In this document: in pieces, positions 37,331 through 47,443 of the stretch
How positions within the stretch are numbered: position 1 is the stretch's first letter
How the letters are laid out: each line of letters starts with the position of its first letter
Virus genome (UHGV): UHGV-0125199
Source of the DNA: a virus
Strand: one strand, 5' to 3'
Length of the DNA: 64,000 nt
Made by a program: the position numbers and the translations under genes
Notes under the pieces: model-generated
What the model was told of the DNA's origin: nothing
Database searches by the model: none
Seen by the model: the letters and a program-made list of their open reading frames with translations, nothing else

Positions 37331-37932
37331 TTATGGATAATATATCATTGGCACTAAATAATTTCAAAGAATTGATGAATTGCAATTATGATTTTATAAT
37401 AGTTTGTAATAAGCAAAAATCAGATATAAAACTTACATTTGAATCAAAAGATTTTTATCATTTAGTAGGGTTTCAATACTTAAAAGATATAGACATCCCT
37501 AAAAATGAAAAACAGTTATTTAAAAAAATAGAATCTCTTAAGATTACTGATGAGTATTTAGGCAAAAGTGTGTTTTATACAAAAGTGGATTACAGCTATG
37601 CAAATGTAAAAGAACGAATTTCCGGATTTAAAGATGTTGATAAATTTATAGAAAACAAAAATATTATATGTAGATATATAAAAACTAATAACCCTTCATC
37701 GGCTATAAAAGCGGATTATTTAATAAAAAGTACTTTATATAACAGAACGGCATATATGTTTTTGAGAAAAAGAAGCAAAGGAGATGAATATTGTATGTGT
37801 TCATTTTTTATGCAACCACAAAATGAATATATAGGTCAAAAAACATATTGGTTGTATAAAGCCAAAAAACGTATATCGGACAATTATGTTAAAATATTGT
37901 TAGATAGAATATCGGAATCCACAGAGCAGTAA
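37331..37932 (+). CDS. intron-located ORF of unknown family (candidate homing endonuclease)
   Basis: 200 aa from ATG 37331 (AAGGAGAAG SD). Sits between the R and S elements. No LAGLIDADG, GIY-YIG, HNH or Vsr motif recognised. Followed by the terminator at 37924-37958. Confidence 0.45.
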
Positions 37933-37958
37933 CAGGTAATACTACTGCTCTTTTATTA
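37924..37958 (+). terminator. rho-independent terminator after the intron ORF
   Basis: GAGCAGTA-(11 nt)-TACTGCTC followed by TTTTATTATG. Confidence 0.5.
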
Positions 37959-38152
37959 TGTCCAAAATCATTTCAAAAAAAATTCCAAATTATTCAAATA
38001 GAAGGTATAGTCTCAACTTCTGAGGATAACTCAGAGAAGTTCATAAGAGAACTGCATAGCGTAGCGAACTATGTGAAGATAATTGAAATAATGCGAGTGC
38101 TCAGGCTGAATTAAAGAGGTTAAAAGCACAACTCAGAGATACAGAAGAAGAA

Positions 38153-39499
38153 ATGCAAGACACCCGTGATGACCATGAATATGATGTGCGTCAGAATGGT
38201 CTGGACGGTTTGAGTGAGGATCTCGATAAGCAGCTGGAGGAAACATTATACGATGTTACTCATAATGCTGAAAAGCAGGAACAAGTAATATCTGGAATGT
38301 TAAACCGCGTTGTTGGAAACTACCAACAGGCTTATGACAAAATTCAGCAAATCATCAACAGTACAGGATTTGTACCGAATAAGGATTTATCCAATAATCT
38401 TGGAAATCTTGGTACAAGTAATGGAGCGCAGAACCAGGTAGACAACAGTATGACTACTGCTCCTAATTATAGACCGGATGATTGGACGGATGTGAATACC
38501 GGTCAGATTCAGAACGGAACAACACAGGATAAGAATGACCAGATTCAAGGCGATATCAGCAAGAATCCAGACTTATCCAACAGACCTGTTGCAGAAATTG
38601 TATTAAGTCCGGGGACGCTTTCTATACAGGAAGGTTCCACAGGTACAGTTTCAGCAACAATCAGACCAAATGATGCAAAAAATAAGAGTTTGCAGTGGGT
38701 GTCATCAAATCCAGATGTTGCTACGGTTGCAAATGGAACTGTTCATGCTGTCAAAGCAGGTAGTGCTACTATTAGTGCAATTGCAACAGATGGTGGAGGT
38801 GCTACTTCAACAAATAGTTGTGCAGTAACTGTCACACCAAAACCAGAACCGCCAAAACCAACTACACCACCACCGAGTAATAATGGTGGAGGAGACGGAG
38901 TACCGAATGTTGGAGACAAAGTAATATTCGCAAGTGGAGATTACTACTACTCTTCTGACGGTCAGTCCCCTGCTGGAAATGAAATGCGTGGTCAGGAAGT
39001 ATATATTACCAGTGTTAATAATGCTAATTGGGCACAGAAGAAATATCATATTAGTAGAACACCTCGTTTCGGAGAGCGTGACCTTGGTTGGGTAAGTCTT
39101 GACCAGTTAAGAGGTTATGCGTCTGGAACAAAGAAATTTGTAAATGGTTCAGAAATTGTTCGCATCAATGAAGGAAATAATCCTGAAATGATGGTTAGGC
39201 GTGGTGCATTGACAGGAACAGCTACGACAATTACTTATGGTGATGCTGTTGTAAATGCAAGACTGTCAAAGAACATTATGGATCTTGGTGAACACAAAGA
39301 TGATATTTATAGTTCATTGAACATTGCCAACAGCCTTGGTGAAAGACCTAATGTAACAAATAATTACTATGACAAGATGATAGAAGTTCAAGGAAGTATT
39401 GACAAGGAAACTTATCCAGGCATGAAGAAAGTAATTGAAGGAGTTACAAAGGAATTTACCAAAGAGGCAAAAAGAGCTGGTGTACACAGATCATTTTAA
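38153..39499 (+). CDS. coiled-coil / Big_2 (Ig-like) / SH3-like domain protein (possible fourth tape-measure exon, in frame from 38096)
   Basis: N-terminal coiled coil continues the theme of segment C (SAQAELKRLKAQLRDTEEE...). Big_2-like SATIRPNDAKNKSLQWVSSNPDVATVANGTVHAVKAGSATISAIATDGGG, a Pro-rich linker, and an SH3b-like GDKVIFASGDYYYSSDG...WVSLDQLRGY. No good SD before ATG 38153. Confidence 0.55.
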   Translation: MQDTRDDHEYDVRQNGLDGLSEDLDKQLEETLYDVTHNAEKQEQVISGMLNRVVGNYQQAYDKIQQIINSTGFVPNKDLSNNLGNLGTSNGAQNQVDNSMTTAPNYRPDDWTDVNTGQIQNGTTQDKNDQIQGDISKNPDLSNRPVAEIVLSPGTLSIQEGSTGTVSATIRPNDAKNKSLQWVSSNPDVATVANGTVHAVKAGSATISAIATDGGGATSTNSCAVTVTPKPEPPKPTTPPPSNNGGGDGVPNVGDKVIFASGDYYYSSDGQSPAGNEMRGQEVYITSVNNANWAQKKYHISRTPRFGERDLGWVSLDQLRGYASGTKKFVNGSEIVRINEGNNPEMMVRRGALTGTATTITYGDAVVNARLSKNIMDLGEHKDDIYSSLNIANSLGERPNVTNNYYDKMIEVQGSIDKETYPGMKKVIEGVTKEFTKEAKRAGVHRSF

Positions 39500-39503
39500 A
39501 AAT

Positions 39504-39536
39504 AAGCGGCGGGATTTATTGTCCTGCCGCTTGTAA
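39504..39536. terminator. terminator-like hairpin
   Basis: AAGCGGCGGG-atttattgt-CCTGCCGCTT (one G-U pair). The U-tract is stronger on the minus strand. Confidence 0.4.
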
Positions 39537-39590
39537 TAAATATACACATATGATAAAATATATCAAAATATTGTGTATGGAGATAATTAT

Positions 39591-39725
39591 ATGTGTAGTA
39601 AAAATGAAATTTCTAATCGTAACGTCATTGTAGAAATATCTTCTACAGAACGTAACGAGTTTACTAATAACATAAAAGGATGGATTCAGCAAGAATCATC
39701 TAATCAAGAAAATCAAGAGGAGTGA
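39591..39725 (+). CDS. acidic mini-protein (44 aa), first gene of cassette copy 2
   Basis: A GGAGA SD 8 nt upstream. Its TGA stop overlaps the GTG start of the downstream membrane protein as GTGA. Paralog of the 22841 ORF. Confidence 0.4.
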   Translation: MCSKNEISNRNVIVEISSTERNEFTNNIKGWIQQESSNQENQEE

Positions 39726-40318
39726 TCAGTATAAACTGGATTACTGAAATTATAAATCAATTACCACAAATTCTTTCTTATATTGTTCCTGGATATATAT
39801 TTTTAACTATATATCAATGGACAAGATTTAGAGATGGAGATTCTCTAAAAAATATTGTATTGAAAAGTATTGTGGTATCATATGTTATTAAAATTCTTTT
39901 AAACATATTATTTAAAGAATTACATATTGCAATAAATGATGAGATCATATTTGTAGGGATATGTATCATAATTGCAACAATTTCTTCTATATTGTTAAGC
40001 ATAATTATATCATCTCGTAGATATAATAAAATACTGCGGATACTAAATATAAGTCGCACAACAAACAAAAACATATGGGATGATGTATATCAAAATGGCA
40101 CCGCATTAAAGATATATCAAAGCGATGGAACATTTTACGCCGGTCATTTAAGATTTTGTGAAGAGAATCAGAGAGAGCCACTTGTTGTATTATCAAGGTA
40201 TGGTCTGTTTGACGAGAATAATAATATCCTCATGGACAAAACAGAGGATAGTTCAGAAGAAATAATGCTGAATACAAAAGATTTTAAAAAGATAGAGATT
40301 AAACATTTTAAAAAATAA
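39722..40318 (+). CDS. three-TM membrane protein with C-terminal soluble domain, cassette copy 2
   Basis: 198 aa. GTG start coupled to the upstream mini-ORF. Paralog of 23010..23561. Confidence 0.55.
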   Translation: MISINWITEIINQLPQILSYIVPGYIFLTIYQWTRFRDGDSLKNIVLKSIVVSYVIKILLNILFKELHIAINDEIIFVGICIIIATISSILLSIIISSRRYNKILRILNISRTTNKNIWDDVYQNGTALKIYQSDGTFYAGHLRFCEENQREPLVVLSRYGLFDENNNILMDKTEDSSEEIMLNTKDFKKIEIKHFKK

Positions 40319-40502
40319 ATCATATTATTACTGTGACCGTATAAATTGTTTGACTCTGTTCTCTAACTAATATTAGAAATAATTTGGAATATTCTGTCAA
40401 ACGGATATTCCTGTCATTTATGAATAACGAATACACGAAGAGTTGAGAATTTTCTCAGCTCTTTTTTGATATAAAAATGAAAGAAAGTTGAGGTGAATTA
40501 TA

Positions 40503-41576
40503 TTGATTCTAGTATGTAAAGATTTTGAATTTGATGAGCAAACTTTGAAACAACAGAATCTTTCTTCTGTTAATTTTGATGACGATACTTCCCTTCCATC
40601 AACTATTGTGAGGGAAATGGAATCTACTACAATGAATAAATATCGACCAGAGGTGACTGGATTTGGAACAACATATACAGAAACACTTGTATTTGAAATA
40701 CATATCACAAAGGATTACGAGGTAAATACATCTCAGGAAGAATTAGAATTATCTACAGAAGAATATGAGGAAACGGTTTCATGGCTCACATCACCTCAAG
40801 AACATAGATGGTTAAAAATCACAACACAGCAAGAAGAAGTTGTAAAAGTAAAGGGTTACTTCTCTTCTGTTACCCCATATGAAAATTGGGGAATTTGTTA
40901 CGGTCTCCGCTGCACATTTACATGTAACTCTCCATTTTCTTATGTAGAAAAACAAGATCAACAAATCATTACACGTAGTAAAAACTTTATGTTGCAGAAT
41001 ACAAGCAGCGACAAATACGGATATGTATATCCAGTTATTAATATACATCCGAAAGCCACAGAACAAATCTATATCCATAATCTGTCAGACAGTAAAACAC
41101 TTGAATCTGGCACAATCTCACTACAATCCACAAACAAATTGACGTTACAATTATTGATGAATAAAATTGAAAATTACGCAAAAATGAATGGGTATACTCT
41201 TGAATATGTATATGACAAAGATAGTCATGTGGTATCTGTATGCAACAACACTGCTATCCTATTCTATCTTACCGATTCTTACGGAGTGAAGAATAAGTAT
41301 GGCGCGTACTATATTGAAAACGGGCAGTATTATATTTTTCAGGGAGGATTTTTCTACTGCCAGGTGCAACGAGACTTACAGTTAAAATTGGATTGCAAAA
41401 ATCTTGCATTATATGATGAACTTGGACGACCAGTCGTTTTTGAACGTGTTGGGATTCAAGCAGAGGATAATATTTATTGGATTAGATTAATCAATGGATA
41501 TAATACAATCAGGGCGTTTGGAAATGTTACTTTAGATATAACTTACTTGGAACCAAGGAAAGGAGCGCTGATTTAA
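40503..41576 (+). CDS. putative distal tail protein (Dit)
   Basis: 357 aa. The first structural gene after the tape-measure locus; size and position typical of a siphovirus Dit. TTG start with a GAGGTGA SD. Confidence 0.5.
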   Translation: MILVCKDFEFDEQTLKQQNLSSVNFDDDTSLPSTIVREMESTTMNKYRPEVTGFGTTYTETLVFEIHITKDYEVNTSQEELELSTEEYEETVSWLTSPQEHRWLKITTQQEEVVKVKGYFSSVTPYENWGICYGLRCTFTCNSPFSYVEKQDQQIITRSKNFMLQNTSSDKYGYVYPVINIHPKATEQIYIHNLSDSKTLESGTISLQSTNKLTLQLLMNKIENYAKMNGYTLEYVYDKDSHVVSVCNNTAILFYLTDSYGVKNKYGAYYIENGQYYIFQGGFFYCQVQRDLQLKLDCKNLALYDELGRPVVFERVGIQAEDNIYWIRLINGYNTIRAFGNVTLDITYLEPRKGALI

Positions 41577-44500
41577 TTGCATTTTAATTATGATATATAC
41601 GGAAAGCACGAAAAAACAGTCGCTTACCTTGCCACGCCAAGCAGAGTCATCTTGTGTGCTATAAATGGAATTGATGAATCAACTGGGAGTTTTGAAGGAG
41701 TTTGTAATGATGTGTCTACTATCGCATTTGACGTGAATCGATATATCGAAACTGATGATGGTAAGATGACAGAATCAAATGCGTATAACTGGTTGTCCAA
41801 ATATATGAAGATGTATATATCTGGATTAGGCTGGTTTATTATGGATAGCCCGGAAATACATGGAATCGGAACAAAAGAATATAAAAGCATAACGGCGAAT
41901 TCCGCTCAAGGAGAGTATGGACAAATACCATTGGACGGATGGAAAGTTAATTGCGGAACAACTGATTCTTTAGAAATGTTGGTAGATGGAAATGTAGAAG
42001 AAATTGAAGGTGTTGAATTTGCAAAGGAACAAATTAAATTCTACAACGAAAAAACTCCTCAATTAAGTCTGGTTAATATTTTAGTAGATAAAGTACCTGG
42101 ATGGAAGGTCGGATATATCGATAATATTCCAAAAGAATATGAAACGATTGAAAACGGCGAGGTTAAAAAGAAAATTGTTTACTTAAAAGACGAAATCGGA
42201 ACATTCAATATTGATTACAATGATGTGTACAGTTTTATCACACAGGATTTTGAGAAATTTTTTAGCTGTATTGTTGAATTCGATTATAAAAATCTTGTTG
42301 TTAATTTTTATCGTGTAGAGAATTTTGGAGAAGAAACGAACGTCACAATAGGATATCGAAATGTGCAGAACTCACACGATATTACTGTAGATGATGAAAA
42401 TGTGTATACAAAATATCGAGTGTCTGGAGCAGATGATTTAGGAATTGAACAATGTAACGGTGGAAGTAACACACTCTTCTATCTCGATCCATTCTGGCTC
42501 AACAATAAATATCTTAGCAATTCTACGATTGAAAAATATAAAGCTTGGTTCAGTTTCTGCGAACAGGCTAGAGTTGACTATTCAAATATGTCTAAAGAAT
42601 GGAATACACTTCAGGACAAAATAACTGAAATTTATATTCGCATACCGACCGGAGACTGCGATCCAGATAATTGGCATAGCTTGTCCGATACTGCTCTCGA
42701 AGCTTTAAAAAAGGACTATGAGGCGCAGAAACTTGGATATGAAAAAATATATGTAGACGAGGACGGAAATTTTGATATCGATGCTCTTAATGCATCTCCC
42801 GATGCAAATATGTATCATCAGATTGTGGATACGATTCTTCCTAATATCCAGATTGAATTTGATAATCGAAAATTACCAACATCGGAAGGTGAAAAGGATT
42901 ATATTGAAGACTATGAAACAACATGGAAATATTATGGTATCAATGAACTTGAAGTAAAGTTAAAATCTTATCAAGATCAGGCAAAGTTATTAGCCAAAAG
43001 CCATTATGATTTGACATGGGAAAGGTATCAGGAACTCACAAAAGAAGATCCGGAAAAATATCCGGCTTTAACCGAGGACGGATTTAAAGACAAACATGAA
43101 CTCTATGAAAAAAATGCATATCAAACAGACGAAAATAATTCTGATTCATGTGCTGCTGCTTTAAAAGAGCGTAGAGAAGAAGCTAAAACAGAGGAAGATA
43201 AACAAAAAAAACTCGGAAAGAAGCGCGCTTCTCTTGGACAAGATATGGCATTAGAATCTTGGACAAGTGATACTCTAGGTGGTTTTGAAAAGGAAGAATT
43301 GGCGGAGCTTTATCACATAACAAACCCTACTCCATATACGAATGAAAATATATTTGTAGGAAGTCAAGATTCTCTCACAGATATTGTAACTGTACAAACA
43401 GAATTATGTAGGATTGCAATGGAAGAATTAATGGCATCTTCTGTTCCTCAAACAACATATTCTACTGATGTGGATAATTTACTTTCTGCAATAGGATCTG
43501 AGCTACACGCTCTGTCTTTAGATTTTGGAAACTTCATTTGGTTAGGAATTCGTGATGACTATTTTGTCAAATTGAGGGTCATGACAATTTCATTTAATCC
43601 ATTTCTTTTTGATAATAATTTTTCTATTACATTCTCCAACATGATAAAGTCCAGATCGAAAAGAAATGACTTTATTTCAATTCTTGGTTCAGGATCAAAC
43701 CTTGGTGGATCAGGCGCTCGAAATAATTATGTCGGAAATCTGCAACTTACAGACGATAATATTTATCAAATCTTACAGAAGATACTTCAGTCATCATCAT
43801 TCACTAATAAAGTGCAAAATATTGTAAATGGATCTGGAGGAAGTATTATTGGAGGTTCTGGTGGAAATTACATCACACCAGGAACCCTTGAAGCAGAAAT
43901 GATTAAATGTATTAATATACACGCTGAAAATGGATTCTTTCAATATTTACAAGCTGAACTTATTTCTGCTGGACAAATCGTTGCTCAATCTGGTGATTTC
44001 AAAAAACTTGCTGCTTATGTTGCGAATATTGATAACTTGATCTCCGGTAATGTTTCGGCAGAACTCGGTCACATTATCAATTTGACAGCACAAAATGTGA
44101 TAATTGATGAAGCTGTTATTAAAGATTTGATTGCAGCACAGATTACAGTATCAATGTTAAAAGCAGGTACTATTTCTGCAGATAAATTTCAGATTGAATC
44201 TGATGACGGTGGAATGGCAATTGCAGGAAATACAATGCAATTCAAAGACAAGAACGGAACAGTTCGTATTCAAATAGGAAGAGATTCAAACAATGATTTT
44301 ACGTTCTGTCTGTATGACGAAACTGGAAAAGGTGTTCTTATTGATTCTACTGGAATTAAAGAATCTGCAATTGAAGATGGTTTAATCAAAAATGACATGA
44401 TTGCAGATTCCACAATTGCTAAAGAGAAATTAGCTTTTCAAGCTGTAGAACAAGATAACGATGGGAAAATACATGTGTCTGATGTTGTTATTAATGGACA

Positions 44501-44879
44501 AGGTATCAACGCATCATTCACTACTATCGAAAACAAATTTTCTAATATGCAAACACAGATTGATGGAATTAAAGTGTCTACTCCGTACACAATGAATATC
44601 TATTCCTCTAACGGAACGATGTTCAGACCCGGAATGATAAATACTACTCTCTCACCGACGTTATATCTTGGTCAGAGCAATATTACAGATATGTACGATG
44701 AGACACATTTTATATGGACAAGACAATCTCCAGATTCTGATGGGGATCATTACTGGAACACAGCACATGCAAACGGAACGAAAGGTTTGCATATTACAAA
44801 CGAAGATGTATTCGGAGGAGCAAGTTTTACTTGTTCCTTTTTTAATGAAGATAAAGAACTCGCAAGAGCAGTTTTTTAA
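41577..44879 (+). CDS. putative tail-associated/tip protein (Tal-like, 1100 aa)
   Basis: Large protein directly after the Dit candidate, start abutting its stop. The C-terminal third has fibre-like repeats. Assigned by position only. Confidence 0.45.
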   Translation: MHFNYDIYGKHEKTVAYLATPSRVILCAINGIDESTGSFEGVCNDVSTIAFDVNRYIETDDGKMTESNAYNWLSKYMKMYISGLGWFIMDSPEIHGIGTKEYKSITANSAQGEYGQIPLDGWKVNCGTTDSLEMLVDGNVEEIEGVEFAKEQIKFYNEKTPQLSLVNILVDKVPGWKVGYIDNIPKEYETIENGEVKKKIVYLKDEIGTFNIDYNDVYSFITQDFEKFFSCIVEFDYKNLVVNFYRVENFGEETNVTIGYRNVQNSHDITVDDENVYTKYRVSGADDLGIEQCNGGSNTLFYLDPFWLNNKYLSNSTIEKYKAWFSFCEQARVDYSNMSKEWNTLQDKITEIYIRIPTGDCDPDNWHSLSDTALEALKKDYEAQKLGYEKIYVDEDGNFDIDALNASPDANMYHQIVDTILPNIQIEFDNRKLPTSEGEKDYIEDYETTWKYYGINELEVKLKSYQDQAKLLAKSHYDLTWERYQELTKEDPEKYPALTEDGFKDKHELYEKNAYQTDENNSDSCAAALKERREEAKTEEDKQKKLGKKRASLGQDMALESWTSDTLGGFEKEELAELYHITNPTPYTNENIFVGSQDSLTDIVTVQTELCRIAMEELMASSVPQTTYSTDVDNLLSAIGSELHALSLDFGNFIWLGIRDDYFVKLRVMTISFNPFLFDNNFSITFSNMIKSRSKRNDFISILGSGSNLGGSGARNNYVGNLQLTDDNIYQILQKILQSSSFTNKVQNIVNGSGGSIIGGSGGNYITPGTLEAEMIKCINIHAENGFFQYLQAELISAGQIVAQSGDFKKLAAYVANIDNLISGNVSAELGHIINLTAQNVIIDEAVIKDLIAAQITVSMLKAGTISADKFQIESDDGGMAIAGNTMQFKDKNGTVRIQIGRDSNNDFTFCLYDETGKGVLIDSTGIKESAIEDGLIKNDMIADSTIAKEKLAFQAVEQDNDGKIHVSDVVINGQGINASFTTIENKFSNMQTQIDGIKVSTPYTMNIYSSNGTMFRPGMINTTLSPTLYLGQSNITDMYDETHFIWTRQSPDSDGDHYWNTAHANGTKGLHITNEDVFGGASFTCSFFNEDKELARAVF

Positions 44880-44891
44880 AGGAGGTATTTT

Positions 44892-47381
44892 ATGGCTTTA
44901 GCAAAAGCATATAGTTCTATTACAATTACTGATGCTACAGATGTTGGTCGAATTAGCTTGTATATCACAAGTAGCTTACCACAGACTGTCATCGAAAATC
45001 CGAATGAAGCTACGACTGTATATACTCCAGATTGGAGTAAAACAAATTTGGTTCTTACACCAATTATGTATTTTAATGATCAACAGCTTACACTGCCAAA
45101 AACAGGTCTTACTGTAACATGGAAAAGACAAGAGGGATCATCTGCTCCAACGGATTTAAAAACAGGAGAAACTGTAAAAGATGGAGTTCTTACAGTTTCA
45201 CAGAATTTTCTTGGGACAATTCAAAGCGGAATCCTTACATATATTGCAAATGTACAGTATACAGACCCAAGCACCAATGTAACATTAGAGACACAGGCTC
45301 AGATGACTTTTTCACTGTCTAAGCAAGCAACTGAGGCAAAATATTGTTCAGTTTCTGGAGAGTCTGTATTTTTATATAATTCAAATCAGACTTTAGTAGG
45401 TGTTGATACTATTGTGTTAACTGCTACTTGTACAAACGTAAATATTTCACAGTGGCAATATAAAAATGCAAATGGTTCATTTGTTGCAATGCCAACGACA
45501 AACAATCCATCCATTAACGGAGCTACTATCAATATTAAAGCATCGGAAAATATTTTATTTAATAATGATGTGGCAGTAATTAAGTTGGTAACAAATGATT
45601 CATCTGTATATGACTTACATACAATCACAAAAATCAGAGATGGTGCTGCCGGAAACAGTACCGTAGCAGTTGTATTAAGTAACGAAAGTCATACCCTTCC
45701 TTGTAATTCAAGTGGTGTTGTTAATCCAGACACTGGTTATAAAGGAGCAGAAACAACTGTAGGCGTATTTGAAGGTGGTGTTGATGTAACATCTAAATGG
45801 ACTATCAGTGCAGTTCCAAGTGAAGGAATTACAGGTACGTTTGTAGGCAATAAATACACGGTAACAAAAATGGATAATAATATTGATGTTGGTCATGTTG
45901 AATTTTCATGTGTGTCAAAAGCAACAACTTTGAAAAAGAGATTTTCATTAATTAAACAGCGTGCCGGTGTTGATGGGTCTGATGCGGTTATTTATTCTGT
46001 TGAAGCATCTACACTTTCTATGAATCTTGGAAAGAATAATGTATTTGCACCAGCTAATGTAACATTTTCAGGAATGAAGCAAGTTGGAGCAGCAACAACA
46101 CAAACCGTATATAATGGTAGATTTGTTATTTTAGAATCAACGGATGGTTTAAATTTCGGAACAGCTAAATATACATCCTCAACAGATGAGCCTAGTAAAG
46201 TATACACACCGTCCAACACAACTGTAAGAGCAATTAAATGTGAGTTGTATGCGTCAGGTGGAACTACAACAAAATTGGACTCACAGACTGTAATGGTTAC
46301 AAGAGACGGTACTGATGGTGGAAATGGTAAACCGGGTGAAGATTCTATTTCTGTAATTATGGGTAATGAAGCAGAGGTCATCCCATGTAATGCAAATGGT
46401 ACTGTTAAGATTTCAAGAGATATCAATATCCCATTTTATGCATATAAGGGATTAAGCAGAGCTGCAGTAACATGCACTCCTGGAACTTTACCATCTGGAG
46501 TTACTGTAAAAACAAACACAGCCGGTACAACATCTAATGATGGATTGCTGATTATAAATGTTCCTGCAGGAAATAACCTCGGTTCTGCTTCTGATTTATC
46601 AGGAACATTCTCTCTTACTTTCACTGTAGGTGGTGTTTCTGTTGTTAAAAAATTTGGTTGGACAAAGAGTATTCAAGCAACGAATGCGGTACTGTTACAG
46701 ATTTATGCTCCGCAAGGTGATGTAATCGTAAATGGTGGTAATAATGTCGTATTAGAAACTCAACTTTCTGACGGAAGTACAATTATCGCTTCAGGCATTA
46801 CATATAAGTGGGCAAAATTCAAAAGTGGAAATTACGAAATTATTGAGGGGCAGACAACAAGTAAATTAACAGTTACTCCAGTGATGGTAGATTCTCTCGC
46901 TTCATTTAAATGTACAGCGACATATGGCGGGAAAGAATATATTGCATATTGGACTGTGACCGATAAAAATGACCCGCTTGATTTACAAGTGTTATGTTCT
47001 GTAGGTACACAACTTACAAATGAAACAACTTTTGGAGCGGTGTATACTTTAGCATATTTAAATGGAGAAGAAGTTGATCCAATTAAATCAACTACATTCT
47101 CTACAGAAGCTCCAAAGTCTCCTCATACAGGAGACTTCTATTATCATATTGATAAGGTAAAAAAAGAAGTTGTTCTCAAGAAATATAATGGATCCGCATG
47201 GGCTGATGCTGTAGAAAGTGATTTACCAACTGGAGTTTATAAGTATTACAGACGGCAAAATGGAGTCGAGCTTGACACAGACAAAGAATGGAAAACAGGA
47301 AAAGTTATTTTTGTCGATAGAGAACTTGTGAATAAGAATCTGGTGATTAATTGCGAGGCAGAAATTTCTTTAACAACATAA
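44892..47381 (+). CDS. tail fibre/adhesin with repeated Ig-like modules (829 aa)
   Basis: Repeated roughly 90-aa modules (...ESHTLPCNSSGVV...; ...AEVIPCNANGTV...), short G-x-x-G collagen-like stretches, and paralogous modules in 47444. Confidence 0.5.
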   Translation: MALAKAYSSITITDATDVGRISLYITSSLPQTVIENPNEATTVYTPDWSKTNLVLTPIMYFNDQQLTLPKTGLTVTWKRQEGSSAPTDLKTGETVKDGVLTVSQNFLGTIQSGILTYIANVQYTDPSTNVTLETQAQMTFSLSKQATEAKYCSVSGESVFLYNSNQTLVGVDTIVLTATCTNVNISQWQYKNANGSFVAMPTTNNPSINGATINIKASENILFNNDVAVIKLVTNDSSVYDLHTITKIRDGAAGNSTVAVVLSNESHTLPCNSSGVVNPDTGYKGAETTVGVFEGGVDVTSKWTISAVPSEGITGTFVGNKYTVTKMDNNIDVGHVEFSCVSKATTLKKRFSLIKQRAGVDGSDAVIYSVEASTLSMNLGKNNVFAPANVTFSGMKQVGAATTQTVYNGRFVILESTDGLNFGTAKYTSSTDEPSKVYTPSNTTVRAIKCELYASGGTTTKLDSQTVMVTRDGTDGGNGKPGEDSISVIMGNEAEVIPCNANGTVKISRDINIPFYAYKGLSRAAVTCTPGTLPSGVTVKTNTAGTTSNDGLLIINVPAGNNLGSASDLSGTFSLTFTVGGVSVVKKFGWTKSIQATNAVLLQIYAPQGDVIVNGGNNVVLETQLSDGSTIIASGITYKWAKFKSGNYEIIEGQTTSKLTVTPVMVDSLASFKCTATYGGKEYIAYWTVTDKNDPLDLQVLCSVGTQLTNETTFGAVYTLAYLNGEEVDPIKSTTFSTEAPKSPHTGDFYYHIDKVKKEVVLKKYNGSAWADAVESDLPTGVYKYYRRQNGVELDTDKEWKTGKVIFVDRELVNKNLVINCEAEISLTT

Positions 47382-47443
47382 AATTGTCATTCACGGAGAG
47401 TAGGAAGCACTACTCTCCTATTTTAATATAAGGATGGTGAAAT

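Larger units (their letters stand above)
36677..38095 (+). mobile_element. putative group I intron (about 1.4 kb) with an internal ORF
   Basis: GGATAG (36741-36746) can pair with the exon end CTATCT (36671-36676), with a terminal U-G pair. R-like CAACGACTGG (36848-36857). Near-consensus S element AAGGTATAGTCTC (38002-38014). A G at 38095 lies about 80 nt after the S element. The downstream coiled-coil ORF is open and in frame from 38096. Confidence 0.45.
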
